64,000 bases of DNA from Macrostomum lignano (lineage: Eukaryota). The position numbers were made by a program, and so were the translations under genes. The stretch covers positions 1-64,000 of the forward strand of contig NIVC01000781.1 of assembly GCA_002269645.1 (NCBI GenBank), given 5' to 3'. Each line of letters starts with the position of its first letter. Within the stretch, counting starts at the first letter, position 1. Shown here piece after piece: positions 14,101 through 26,994 of this stretch. The notes below the pieces were generated by a model. The model ran no database searches, was not told where the DNA came from, and saw nothing but the letters and a program-made list of their open reading frames with translations.

Positions 14101-15919
14101 CCCCGGAATTATTTTTGCATGTATTCTGAAATCCGAGGTCAAACTCAAACAAAAACTTGTTAATAGTTAGGATGGAGTTAAACATAAAATAGAGTGTACA
14201 TTCGTGTAAAATTAGCATTTGAAGCAAGCATTGATATTGTTGGCTGGGGTACTGCACAGAATGTCAGGCAAACTCTGGCCTCTGCCTCCGCCTCTACCTA
14301 TGTCCCTTGCATCCTTTGAAACTTCCATCTTCTTTTCTGTTTCCTATCTTCTCTCTCGGCTCTTCTCTCTCTCTCCTCTTATCTCTTCTTTTTTCTCTCC
14401 TCTGTCCTCTTTCCTCTCTCCCCTTTTCTCTCTATTCTTTTTTTCTCCTCTCCTCTCTTCTCTCTGGTCTCTCATATCTTCTTTCTCCTCTTTTATCTCT
14501 TCTCATTTCTCTCTGCTCTCTACTCTCTCTTCCCTCTCCCCTCTTCTCACTCCTTACTCTACCCTCTCTCAACACTTCCCTCGTCTCTACTCTCTCCTTT
14601 TCCTCTCTTCTCTCAACTCTCATTTTTCCTCTCTTCTCTCAACTCTCTCCTCTCCTCTGTCCGCTCTCTGCTCTCATCTCTTCTATCGTCTCTTCCCTCA
14701 CCTCCCTTCTCTCTCGTCTTTGCTCTCTTATCTCTCATATCTCTTCTTTTATCTTCTCTCTCTCTCTTATCTTTTCTCATTTCTATCTTCTCTCTCTCCC
14801 CCTCTCTCTCTCCTCTCATCTCTCTGCTCTCTCCTGTCCTATCTCTCTTCTCTCTAATCTCTTCCCTCTTTCCTCTCCTCTCTCGTCCTTTTCACCAGTT
14901 TCACTGTCCTCTAGATTCTCTCCATTCCCCTCCTCTCTCTTCGCTCACTTCTCATCTCTCCCCTGCATACATGCGCAACAGTCGGCCGAGTCGGCCGATC
15001 CGGCCGACCGATTTGGCGGCCAATCAAGGAAGTCGCAAAAATGCCCACCCAAAAAATAACCCGAGTAGTAGTACTAAGTAGCTGACGAGGCATTTTAGCT
15101 TAATAAAACAGTCATAGTTACTCCTGCCGTTTACCCAAAGTTGCATTAATTTTGCTTTTGGGTTTTTTTATATGTAAGTCGCATTTTTGGCCAAAAACTA
15201 CGTCGCATTTTTGTTAAAACTAAGTCGCACGGCTGACCGAATTTTGGAGGTTGCACATGTATGCTCCCCTGTCTCCACCTCTCATCTATTATTTCATATC
15301 TCTCCTCTTTTCTTTCTACTCTCCCATCTCTCGTCTGTTCACTCTCGTTTCTGCTCTCTCATCTCCCCTCTCTCATCTCTCATCTTTACTCTCATATGTT
15401 CCCTCACCTCTCTCTTGTACTCATCTCTTTCCCCTTTTTTGACTCAGGACTCTCTTTCCTTTCTTATTTCTTCTCGTCTCTTCTCTTCTCTCTTCTATAC
15501 TCTCCCTCTCTTGTCTTCTCTCTTCTCTCTCCACTCTCCTCTCTTCTCTCTTATATCGTCTGTTCACTCTCATCTTTGCTCCCTCATTCCCCTCTCTCTT
15601 CTGTCATCTCTACTCTCCTCTCTACTGTGTACTCTTCTCTTCCCCTCTTCTGACTCCTCTCTTTCCTTACTCCTCTCTTCTCTTCCATCTTCTATACTCT
15701 CTCCCCTCTATTTTCTTCTCTCGTCTCTCTGCACTCTGCTCTCTCTTCCTTCATCTCTCATCTCTACTCTCTCGATCATCTTTTCTTTCATCTCTCTCAT
15801 CTCTACAATCTCATCTCTTTCCTCTCTCTTCCTCTTCCCTTTACTCTATCATCTCTCCTTTCTCCTCTCTTCTTTCTCAAATCTCTCTCTCTCTCTCTTA
15901 TCTCTTATCTCATCTTCTC

Positions 15920-15981
<62 letters not shown>

Positions 15982-16723
15982 CTCTCTCTCTCATCTACCT
16001 CTCTGTTCTCTCATCTCTTCTCACTCTTCTCTACTCTCCTCTCTCATCGATCATCTGTCTCATCTCTCGACTCTTCTCTCTCCATCTTCTCACCTCTACT
16101 ATTTCCTCTCCCTCTCTCTTCTCTCCTCTCGCTTCTTCGTCCCATATTCTCTGCTCTCTCCTCAACCCCCTCGTCTCTCCTGATATCTTTCTTTTCTCTT
16201 ATGCCCCTCTCGCCCCTCCTCCCTTTCTAATAGTCTATTCTTTTTCCTTTTCACTTTCATATGGCCCGCAGCCATGAGCTTGATTCTATATCTGGCCTTT
16301 GACGTAAAAAATCCGCCGATCCCTGCTTCGAAATCCAGTTTGTGGGATGTAGTACTATCATGGTTGTTATCATTTCTCACGCTTTAATCACGTCATCTTT
16401 CTGGCCAATTAGCAGCTCTGAGAGGAATTTGTGTATCTCCAGTTCCACCACCACAGTCTGCAGCAGTCTAACAACCAAGGAAATCCGCATTTTTAGGAGG
16501 CCACTAGCAATCTACGCCCCCCGTTGGGGAGCCAAAGAAATGCAATACACGTTTTTTATAAGCTACATATATCCTTGAAATCTTAAAAAAATATCCTGTC
16601 AAACCTTGTAAGCCTTGACATGTCAATAATTCCCCCCACAAGCTTTAACACATCAACTTCCCCCCTTGACATCTAGCAATGCCCCCAATAAGCCTTGGAA
16701 ATCTAAAAATATCTGTCAACCTT

Positions 16724-16779
16724 CTAACCCTAACCCTAGCCTAACCCTAACCCTAACCCTAACCCTAACCTAACCCTAA
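16724..16779 (+). repeat. Interstitial telomeric repeat (CCCTAA)n
   Basis: About 9 units with minor variants; a degenerate copy lies at about 17160-17210. Confidence 0.9.
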
Positions 16780-17689
16780 AGCATTGAAATTTCAGTAATT
16801 CTCTCTGAGAGTCATTATAGCACTACTACAGCATTATAGCGATTCCCTGCAAGTCTCGACATCGTTGGGATTCCCAAATGAATCTCTTAACTTCGACATG
16901 AAGCTTCTTTTATTTTTTTACATTACGCTTTTTTATCAGCGATCCCTCCCCTGAGGAGGTATCAAATAATGTAATAAAAAGTTTTCAATAAACTACATGT
17001 AGCTTCTGACTTTAGCCTTGAAATCTCATTTATACCCCCGTGAGCCTTGACATCTCAGCTATTCCCCCCGTAAGCCTTAACATGTCAGCGATGGCCCCCA
17101 TAAACCTTGAAATCTAAAAAATCCCCTGTTATTCTGTTAACCTTGAAACCCGATAAAATATAACCCTCAACCCACACCTGACCTAAACCTAACTTTAACC
17201 CAACCTAAAGCCTTGAAATCTCAGCAATTCTTCTCCCCTAAGCCTTGACATTTTAGTGATTCCTTCTTTAAGAATCACAGCACTATAACGATTTCCACCA
17301 AGCTTTGACATCGTAGCAATTCCCAAATGAATCTTTTAACTTCGACATGACTTTTCTTTTATGTATACGTAGTGCTACTTTTATTTTTTACATGACTCTT
17401 CTTCTATCAGCGCCCCCCGTGGCGAGCCAACAAAGAATGCAATAAAAAATTGAGTAAAGTACATGAACTTTGAAGTAGCTTCTGACTTTTGCTTTGACAT
17501 CTCATGAACCCCCCCCCGTAATCTCAGTTTTTCTCTAAGAGCCTTGACGTCTCAGTAATTCTCCCCAGCACAGCATTATAGCTTCATTTAATTTTTACAT
17601 GACACCCTTCATGTCTGACATGACGCTTCTTTTATTCTAGCATGATGCTTCTTAATATTTTAAATGACACTTTCATTAGTTTTTAAATG

Positions 17690-19090
17690 AGGCTTCTATG
17701 ATTTTTTCATGACGCTTCTATGATTTTTTACATGACGCTTCTATGATTTTTTACATGACGCTTCTATGATTGTTTACATGACGCTTCTATGATTGTTTAC
17801 ATGACGCTTCTATGATTTTTATATGACGCTTCTACGATTTTTTACCTGGCGCTTCTATGATTGTTTATATGACGCTTCTATGATTTTTAAATGAGGCTTC
17901 TATGATTTTTTACATGACGCTTCTATGATTCATTACATGACGCTTCTATGATTTTTTACATGATGCTTCTATGATTGTTTACATGACGCTTCTATGATTT
18001 TTATATGACGCTTCTATGATTTTTATATGACGCTTTTACGATTTTTTACATGGCGCTTCTATGATTGTTTACATGACGCTTCTATGATTGTTTACATAGC
18101 GCTTCTATGGTTGTTTACATGACGCTTCTATGATTGTTTACATGACGCTTCTATGATTTTTTCATGACGCTGCTACGATTTTTACATGACGCTTCTATGA
18201 TTATTTACATGACGCTTTTGTGATTTTTACATGACGCTTCTATGATTTTTTACATGACGCTTCTATGATTTTTTCATGACGCTTCTATGATTTTTTACAT
18301 GACGCTTCTATGATTGTTTACATGACGCTTCTATGATTGTTTACATGACGCTTCTATGATTGTTTACATGACGCTTCTATGATTTTTTTAAATGACGCTT
18401 CTATGATTGTTTACATGACGCTTCTATGATTGTTTACATGACGCTTCTATGATTTTTGACATGACGCTTCTACGATTTTTTACATGGCGCTTCTATGATT
18501 GTTTACATGACGCTTCTATGATTTTTTACATGACGCTTCTATGATTGTTTACATGACGCTTCTATGATTGTTTACATGACGCTTCTATGATTTTTTTAAA
18601 TGACGCTTCTATGATTGTTTACATGACGCTTCTATGATTGTTTACATGACGCTTCTATGATTTTTGACATGACGCTTCTACGATTTTTTACATGGCGCTT
18701 CTATGATTGTTTACATGACGCTTCTATGATTTTTGACATGACGCTTCTACGATTTTTTACATGGCGCTTCTATGATTGTTTACATGACGCTTCTATGATT
18801 GTTTACATGACGCTTCTATGATTGTTTACATGAAGCTTCTATGATTGTTTACATGACGCTTCTATGATTTTTTAAAAATGACGCTTTTATGATTTTTATA
18901 TAACGCTTCTGCGATTTTTTACATGGCGCTTCTATGATTGTTTACATGACGCTTCTTTGATTTTTTAAATGACGCTTCTATGATTGTTTACATGACGCTT
19001 CTATGATTTTTTAAATGACGCTTCTATGATTTTTTACATGACGCTTCTATGATTGTTTACATGACGCTTCTATGATTTTTACACGACGCT
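17690..19090 (+). repeat. 23-bp minisatellite (CATGACGCTTCTATGATTGTTTA)n
   Basis: Read directly; lies inside Helitron-like copy A. Confidence 0.95.
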
Positions 19091-20260
19091 TCTTTTTAAA
19101 AAGTCTTTTAGTTTTTCTGACGTTGAAAAGCTTTAATTAAAGAAATTATATACTCTATGAAAATTCGAACCATCGTCTCTGCATTTAGCAGTTCAGTAGT
19201 TTGTTCACCTCTAGGCTAGCTCTCATCGTTTTGATATCATCAAATTTTTCACTTATATAATTTAACACTTTAAAATCCAAGCATAAATTAAATCACACGA
19301 AGCAGTTATGACACAATCAGTTTCTCAGTCAGTCAGTATCAGTTAACAATATGGTTACGCAATTTAAATCAAGTTAATTTTTCGCTATTTTTAAAAATGA
19401 TCCCACATCGCCTTGATTTGCCATCCTTGTTTAACTGCTGCAGACTTGTCTATACAGAGGAGTGAGGACAGTGGTTGAATCTCTCGCTAAAGCTCCTCTG
19501 CACGCCTCTCTACTCGCGGGGGGTACAGAGAAGGCTATTAAAAGTTATTCCAAAACACTGTACATTTGCTATGTACATTCAGCCCTATCGCCTGATCCTT
19601 CGGCTGGGCTGGGGAATGAGTGAGTGAGTGGCACAAACACAGAAAAAGCAGACAAACTTCACACGCTTACAGTTTCTTTTCTGAATGAGTTACAGAGTTG
19701 AAACTTTACATTTAGATAGAGAATGAGTCAATGAATAATTGTGTCAAGTTTAAAGTCAATCGCTTCACGTGGAGCAAACTTATGGCAGCTGAAAGTTAGT
19801 CGATTTTGAAACCCATTTTACACATCTGGGCCCAGATCGGAATCGGGAAAGAGAGGCAGGCGGGCGGAGGTTGGGGTGGTTGCTACGCTGAAAAAAGCAG
19901 CCTAACTTTAAAAGTGCACAGCACCGCTCAGGATTAACTTTAAGACTCGAAATTTTACACGATTGTGCTAAAATAGTTTAAGATTGTCTGTGTCAAATTT
20001 GAAGAGAATCGGTAAAAGTGGAGCGGCGCTATGGAGGATTTAGTGAAAAAATCGCGCGTTTTAAGCAGTTTTTTGCACTTTTAGGTAGGAAGACTTGAGT
20101 CTAGGAAATTTAAAGGTAGCCTAAGACATTCTCCGTAGTAAGTTTAGGGTGGGTGTAAAGTTTGGTGTAATTTGGTTGAGCGGTTTGGGAGTCCATAGCG
20201 AAGTAATTTGTCCACAGACAGACAGACAGACAGAGTTTTGGTTTTTACAAATTGTATAGG

Positions 20261-23200
20261 TACAAGCTGTTGAAACCCGCTGAATTTGAACCCGGGGAAT
20301 TCCAATCCCCGGAACTATTTTTGCATGTATTCTGAAATCTGAGCCCATACTCAAACAAAAACTTGTTAATAGTTAGTAGGATAGAGGTAAACAAAATGGA
20401 GTACATTCGCGTACAATTAGGATTCGAGGCAAACATTGATATTGTTAGCTGGGGTGCTTTTTACTTTAAATAGGCAATTAATGTCTGTCTGACTCTAAAA
20501 CATGTACGCTCGTATTGGCAAACTCTGGCCTCTGCCTCTGACTCTCCCTACGTCCCTTGGATCCTTTGAAACTTCTATCTTCTCTTCTGTTTCCTCTCTT
20601 CTCTCTCGTCCCTCATCTCTCCTCTCTGCTCTCTCCCCTCTCCTCTCTTCTCTTTTTCCTCTCTCCTCTCTCCCCTCTTCTCTTGTATCTTACCTCATTT
20701 TTCTTCTTTTTCATCTCTATTATCTCATCTCTTTTCTCTTCTTTTCTCTTATTTTCTCTTTCCTCTCCTCGCACTCAATTCTCTCGTCTTTTCCTTCACC
20801 TCTCTTCTCTCTCGTCTTTATTTGCTCTCTGATCTCTCCTTTCTCTTCTCTCTTCTCTTTTATCTCTTTTCATTTCTCTCTGCTTTCCCCTCTCTCTCTG
20901 CTTCCCCCTCTCTCTCTGCTTCCCCCCTCTCTCTCTGCTTCCCCCCTCTCTCTCTGCTACCCCCTCTCTCTGCTTCCCCTCTCTCTCTGCTTCCCCCCTC
21001 TCTCTGCTTCCCCCTCTCTCTCTGCTTCCCCCCCTCTCTCTGCTTCCCCCTCTCTCTGCTTCCCCCCTCTCTCTCTGCTTCCCCCTCTCTCTGCTTCCCC
21101 CTCTCTCTCTGCTTCCCCCTCTCTCTCTGCTTCCCCCTCTCTCTCTGCTTCCCCCTCTCTCTCTGCTCCCCCCCTCTCTCTGCTTCCCCCCTCTCTCTGC
21201 TTCCCCCCTCTATCTCTGCTTCCCCCCTCTCTCTGCTTCCCCCTCTCTCTCTGCTTCCCCCTCTCTCTGCTTCCCCCCTCTCTCTGCTTCCCCCCTCTCT
21301 CTCTGCTTCCCCCTCTCTCTGCTTCCCCCCTCTCTCTGCTTCCCCCCCTCTCTCTGCTTCCCCACTCTCTCTGCTTACCCCCTCTCTCTGCTTCCCCCTC
21401 TCTCTGCTTCCCCCCTCTCTCTGCTTCCCCCTCTCTCTGCTTCCCACCTCTCTCTCTGCTTCCCCCCTCTCTCTGCTTCCCCACTCTCTCTGCTTCCCCC
21501 TCTCTCTGCTTCCCCCCTCTCTCTGCTTCCCCCTCTCTCTGCTTCCCCCCTCTCTCTGCTTCCCCCTCTCTCTGCTTCCCCCTCTCTCTGCTTCCCCCCC
21601 TCTCTCTGCTTCCCCACTCTCTCTTATCTCTCCTCTCCCATCTTTTTTCTCCTCTCTACTCTCTCCCCTCCATTTTCCTCTTTTCTCTCCTCTCGCCTCA
21701 CTCACTTCTCTCTTCCTTTGTCTCTCCTCTAGTCTCTGTAATCTCTTCTCTCTTATCTCTCTACTGTTCTCTCTACTCTCCCATCTCTCGTCTGTTCATT
21801 TTCGTCTCTGCTCTCAGCTCATCCCCCTTTCATCTGTCATATTTACTGTCTTATGTGTTCTCTCATTCTGTCCTCTGTACTCTTTTCTTTCACCTCTTTT
21901 GTCTCCTCACTTTCCTTTCTCCTTTCTTCTATTCTCTTCTCTTCCCTCTTCTATATACTCTCCCTCTCTTGTCTCGTCTCTTCTCTCTCCACTCTCCTCC
22001 TTTATCTCTCATCTCTCATTTCTCATCTCTCCTTACACCTCTCTCATCTGTACAACCTTATCTCTTCTCTCTTTCATTTACTCTCTCATCTCTCCCTTCT
22101 CCTCTTTACTAACTCCTCTCTGCTCTTCTCTCTGCTCTCCTCTCATCTGCAGCTCTCTGCTCTCTCCTCTCTACTCGCTCCTCTACTCTCTTCTCTCCAC
22201 TCGCTACTCTACTCTCTCCTCTCTACTCGCTCCTCTCTACTCTCTCCTCTCACTCCCTCATCTCTCCTATTATCTTTTATCTTTATCTTATTCCCTCTCT
22301 CACCTCTCCTCTCTTTTCGAATAGTCTATTCCTTCTTCTCCCCACTCTCAACTGCCCCTCAGCCATAAGCTGGATTCTTTTCTGGCCTTTGAGGTAAAAG
22401 TCTGCCCATTCCTGCTTGGAAAGCCAGTTTGTGGGACGTAGTACTCTCATGGCTGTTCTCATGCTTTGATCATGTCATCTTTCTTGCCAATTTGCAAGCC
22501 CTGAAAATAATTTGTGTATCTTTAGCTCCACTGCAGTCTGCATCAGTCTAACAACAAAGGAAATGCGCATTTCTTAGGAGGCCATTTAAATTTTAAAGTA
22601 CCTTTAAGAGAAACCTTAAATTTCCATGGCGTGACTAATTTAGTAGGGTTGTATTGCATTGCATTTGCATCGCCTTTTCATAAATCTTTCGCTTTTACAA
22701 ACCATGCTGGATTCCCTCGATTTGCCAATTACCATCCACTGTTAAACTGCTGCAGAGTTTGCCAATACAGTGGGGAGGGCAGTGGTTAGAATTTCTCACT
22801 AAACTGTTATGGCTAAACGTAGCCTCTCCACTCTCGGGGTGCAGAGAAGGCTATAAATAAAGTTATTCCAAAACACTGTACATTTGCTATGTACATTCAG
22901 TCCTATCGCCTGACCCTTCGTCTGGCTCTGGGGGGAATGAGTGGAGTGAGTGGCACAAACAACAGAAAAAGCAGACAAACTTCACATGCTTACAGTTTCT
23001 TTTTCGGTTGAGTTACAGAGTTGAAACTTTACATTTAGATAGAGAATGGGTCAATGAATAATTGTGTCAAGTTTAAAGTCTTTACGTGGAGCAAACTTAT
23101 GGCAGCTGAAAGTTAGTCAATTTTGAAACCCTTTTACACATCTGGGCCCAGATCGGTATCGGGAAAGAGAGGCAGGCGGGCGGAGGTTGGGGTGGTTGCT

Positions 23201-23529
23201 ACGCTGAAAAAAGCAGCCTAACTTTAAAAGTGCACAGCACCGCTCAGGATTAACTTTGATACTCGAAATTTTACACGATTGTGCCAAAATAGTTAAAGAT
23301 TATCTGTGTCAAATTTGAAGAGAATCGGTAAAAGTGGAGCGGCGCTATGGAGGATTTAGTGAAAAAATCGCGCATTTTGAGCAGTTTTTTGTACTTTTAG
23401 GTAGGAAGACTTGAGTCTAGGAAATTAAAAGGTAGCCTAAGACATTCTCCGTAGTAAGTTTAGGGTGGGTGTAAAGTTTGGTGTCATTTGGTTAAGCGGT
23501 TTGGGAGTCCATAGCGAAGTAATTTGTCC

Positions 23530-23574
<45 letters not shown>

Positions 23575-23597
23575 GTTTTGATTTTTATAGGTAGAGA
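20261..23597 (+). mobile_element. Non-autonomous Helitron-like element, copy B (head-to-tail with copy A)
   Basis: TACAAGCTGTTGAAACCCGC begins immediately after the 3' end of copy A. It shares the terminal and internal blocks and ends (ACAG)n AGTTTTGATTTTTATAGGTAGAGAT. Confidence 0.55.
20540..22340 (+). repeat. CT-rich low-complexity tract with a central about 17-bp repeat (CTCTCTCTGCTTCCCC)n; a similar tract lies at 14320-16230
   Basis: Read directly. Confidence 0.9.
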
Positions 23598-23789
23598 TAG
23601 ATGATAGAAGCTAAAATAAATGAAATTAATTTGTTTATAAGATTAGGCTGTTGTAAATACCTGTTATTTTAAATATTAAATGAATATATTATATGTACTT
23701 AAGCTTTTATAATTGATTAATAATTGTAAAATTACACAGCTGCTGAAATTGAGCTGATACATTCTTTGCTGCAAATTTTCTCTGCTAGT

Positions 23790-23955
23790 AACTTTCTCAG
23801 CTGGCAACTTTCTTGGCTGGCAACTCTTTTGGCTGGCAACTCTTTTGGCTGGCAACTCTCTTGGCTGGCAACTCTCTTGGCTGGCAACTCTCTTGTCTGG
23901 CAACTTTCTTGGCTGGTAACTTTCTTGGGTGGCAACTTTCTCAGCTGGCAACTTT
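23790..23955 (+). repeat. 16-bp minisatellite (GGCTGGCAACTCTCTT)n
   Basis: Read directly; a few related units occur inverted at about 13965-14010. Confidence 0.85.
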
Positions 23956-24110
23956 CTTCATTTCTTGGCTGGCAGAGTTCGTGCTCCATATTTTAATTTG
24001 TGTGTTTGTTCCCAATCCTATTAACCTTTCTGAATCATTTATGAATGATTGCTGTAATGATTAACTGTCGCCTGAACTTTTGCTTCATGATTTATTGATA
24101 ATAATAAATA

Positions 24111-26994
24111 ATGGTACTAAACCTGGACCCCTGCCACGTGCAAGTGCTGCACTGTTCGCACTGCCAATTCCTGACCCTGTCAGTCAGCCGGCTGCTAGAG
24201 CACTGTCACACGCACAGGCAGGCATCCGGGATAGTGTTCTACCAGTGCGAGGCCTGCGGCCTGGTTGGCACCCATCAGTCGCTGCTAGTTGAGCACGCCA
24301 GAGCTTGGCATAGGGATGTGGAGCCGGTGCCAGTGAAGATTCTATCCCGGTCAACTGTTAGCAACGAGGCGCTGGTCACTAGCGCTTGCGCATTCTGCGA
24401 TTTCACCTGTTCAGACGACCTGAGCGAAACTAATAATACTGAGCCGAGCCTGTCTGAGCACTATCAGACTCAGCACAATGTGAAAAATGTCACCGTTGGC
24501 AGCGGCTCCGGTGTGCGGACTCAGCCTCGGCTTCATCACGATCAGGCCCGGCCGGAGGGCGATCCGGACCTTGGCGTGGCCGCGGCGCCTTGTCAACAGA
24601 ATCTTCGCCTTCAACATCAACGTCTGAGCCTTCGACATCGGCGGCCTCGGCGGAATCTTCGTCTGGGCGATTTTGATGATGAGGAGGATGATGATTGCGT
24701 AGTTGGGGACATGGAAGATGACGGTCGCGCTGACGAGGCTGGTGTCTCGAATCACCGTCGGGGAACTGGCGACCTAACCGTCGGCTCCGTCAACGGCGTT
24801 GCTGTCAGCGATCAAGTTGAAGACGAAGACTTTGCGATGGCGACGGTCGGAGTTGGCGACACTGCGGCGATGCGGAACTCGTCGACCGAGATTGCCGACT
24901 GCTTGCTGCCTTCGCATGGGCTGGTGAGACTGGGGATTGTGGGCTGTGTCAGACTGGGGATTGTGGGCTGTGTCAGACTGGGGATTGTGGGCTGTGTCAG
25001 ACTGGGGATTGTGGGCTGTGTCAGACTGGGGATTGTGGGCTGTGTCAGACTGGCGATTGTGGGCTGTATCAGACTGGGGATTGTGGGCTGTGTCAGACTG
25101 TTACAGTCACTGTGTCAGTCTGTTACAGTCACTGTGTCAGTCTGTTACAGTCACTGTGTCAGTCTGTTACAGTCACTGTGTCAGACTGGGGATTGTGGGC
25201 TGTGTCAGACTGTTACAGTCACTGTGTCAGTCTGTTACAGTCACTGTGTCAAACTGTTACAGTCGCTGTGTCAGTCTGTTACAGTCACTGTGTCAGTCTG
25301 TTACAGTCACTGTGTCAGCTGTCATTTGTGTTCCAGACGCTGACGCTGGTGCCCGACGGTCCACCGCCCCAAACCTCGGCCACCATCGACTATTCCGACG
25401 CTGCGGACGCCGACAACGACCCTGTTGAGCTGCCCGACGATGAGGCTGAGTCGTCCACCACCGCCTCCGTTGGCCCGTTTGGCGCCGGTCAAGGCAGCGG
25501 CGGCGGCGCCGGGGGAATCGGCTTTGGCGACGATGACGACATCGAGACCGACGACACTCTGTCTGTGTCGCACAAGACTTCGCTGTTGGCCGATTCTGTC
25601 GACGGATCGACGCCGCTGACTGTGCCGCCGCTGCTGCTATATTCCTCCCGGCCATTGCCGGTGACTACACAGGCAGCGGCGTCATCTTCATCGACGTCGA
25701 CATCGAGGCATTCGACTCGTCGGCCTCCGCTGCCGCAGCTGGCGTCGTTAGCTTCACCAATGGATGATTCGAGCAGCAGTCTGCTGGCTGAGGACAGCGT
25801 ACTGTACGCTGCAAGTGGTGAGCAGTGGCTAGCGGGATCTGTGATCTTCCTTGTCTAGCATAACACTACTCAAAGTTTAATCTATAGCTCCTATTTGTAC
25901 TTGTACTAGACCAAACTTTACTTGTACCAGAGCAACCCTAACCCTGTACCAGAGCAACCCTAACCCTGTACCAGAGCAACCCTAAACATGTACCAGAGCA
26001 ACCCTAACCCTGTACCAGAGCAACCCTAACCCTGTACCAGAGCAACCCTAAACATGTACCAGAGCAACCCTAACCCTGTACCAGAGCAACCCTAACCCTG
26101 TACCAGAGCAACCCTAACCCTGTACCAGAGCAACCCTAAACATGTACCAGAGCAACCCTAACCCTGTACCAGAGCAACCCTAACCCTGTACCAGAGCAAC
26201 CCTAACCCTGTACCAGAGCAACCCTAACCCTTGTACCAAAGCAACCCTAACCCTGTACCAGAGCAACCCTAAACCTGTACCAGAGCAACCGTGACCCTGT
26301 ACCAGAGCAACCCTAACCCTGTACCAGAGCAACCCTAAACCTGTACCAGAGCAACCCTACCCTCTACCAGAGCAACCGTGACCCTGTACCAGAGCAATTA
26401 TAACCCTGTACCAGAGCAACCCTAACCCTGTACCAGAGCAACCCTACCCTGTACCAGAGCAACCCTAACCCTGTACCAGAGCAACCCAAGCTCATACTAA
26501 CCCCATTGACTGCCCATTCGCACCTCTCCAACCCCGCAGGCAGGCACATGAAATGCGACAAATGCGAGATGGTATTTGGCAGCGCCAAGGCGCTCAACCA
26601 TCACCAGTCGAGGGCGCACGGCACCAGAGAGGAGCTGTGCTGCGCCGAGTGTCGCACAAGATTCGCTAGCACGTTCAGCCTTCAAGAGCACACCCTGCTA
26701 GTGCACGGCCGCATCGTTGAACTGTGGTGCTGCGACGTCTGCCAGCGCGTGTTCACCCACCTGAGCTCAATGCGTCGGCACAAACGATTGGCCCATTCGA
26801 ATCAGAAGCCGATTCACTCCTGCGGCCAGTGCGGCATGGTGTTCTCCCGCAAGGACAAACTGCTGCTTCATCATAGGCGTCACATTCCCTGCTCTATGCA
26901 GCCGCCGCCGACTGCGGATGCCGCCGTCAGGAACGCCGAGAAGCGAGCAGCTGCCGCCGCTGCTCAAACTGTTGCCAGAGAGGCGGCTAATTAA
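24111..26994 (+). CDS. C2H2 zinc-finger protein, 3 exons, about 582 aa
   Basis: Exons 24111-24923, 25337-25817 and 26540-26994 with consistent phases (0, 1). Three atypical N-terminal fingers and four C-terminal C2H2 fingers (e.g. CDVCQRVFTHLSSMRRHKRLAH, CGQCGMVFSRKDKLLLHHRRH), separated by an acidic linker. The start codon is not certain. Confidence 0.88.
24925..25320 (+). repeat. Two interleaved minisatellites (24-bp GACTGGGGATTGTGGGCTGTGTCA and 22-bp GTCTGTTACAGTCACTGTGTCA) in ZnF intron 1
   Basis: Read directly. Confidence 0.9.
25922..26487 (+). repeat. 22-bp minisatellite (GTACCAGAGCAACCCTAACCCT)n with a telomere-like core, in ZnF intron 2
   Basis: Read directly. Confidence 0.93.

Larger units (their letters stand above)
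14056..20260 (+). mobile_element. Non-autonomous Helitron-like (Lep1/HINE-type) element, copy A
   Basis: Starts ACAAGCTGTTGAAACCCGC with a nearby CCGGGG..CCCCGG hairpin. Ends ...GGTAGCCTAAG...TTGGTTGAGCGGTTT...(ACAG)n...TATAG. Blocks 14056-14330, 16240-16500 and 19400-20260 align with copy B. The Helitron label comes from recalled resemblance to Lep1-type ends; no Rep/Hel ORF is present. Confidence 0.55.

Noticed and set aside
16724-17210. Telomerase RNA gene near TERT
   Set aside because: The CCCTAA tracts are multi-unit or degenerate repeats inside a repeated element, with no pseudoknot or H/ACA features evident.
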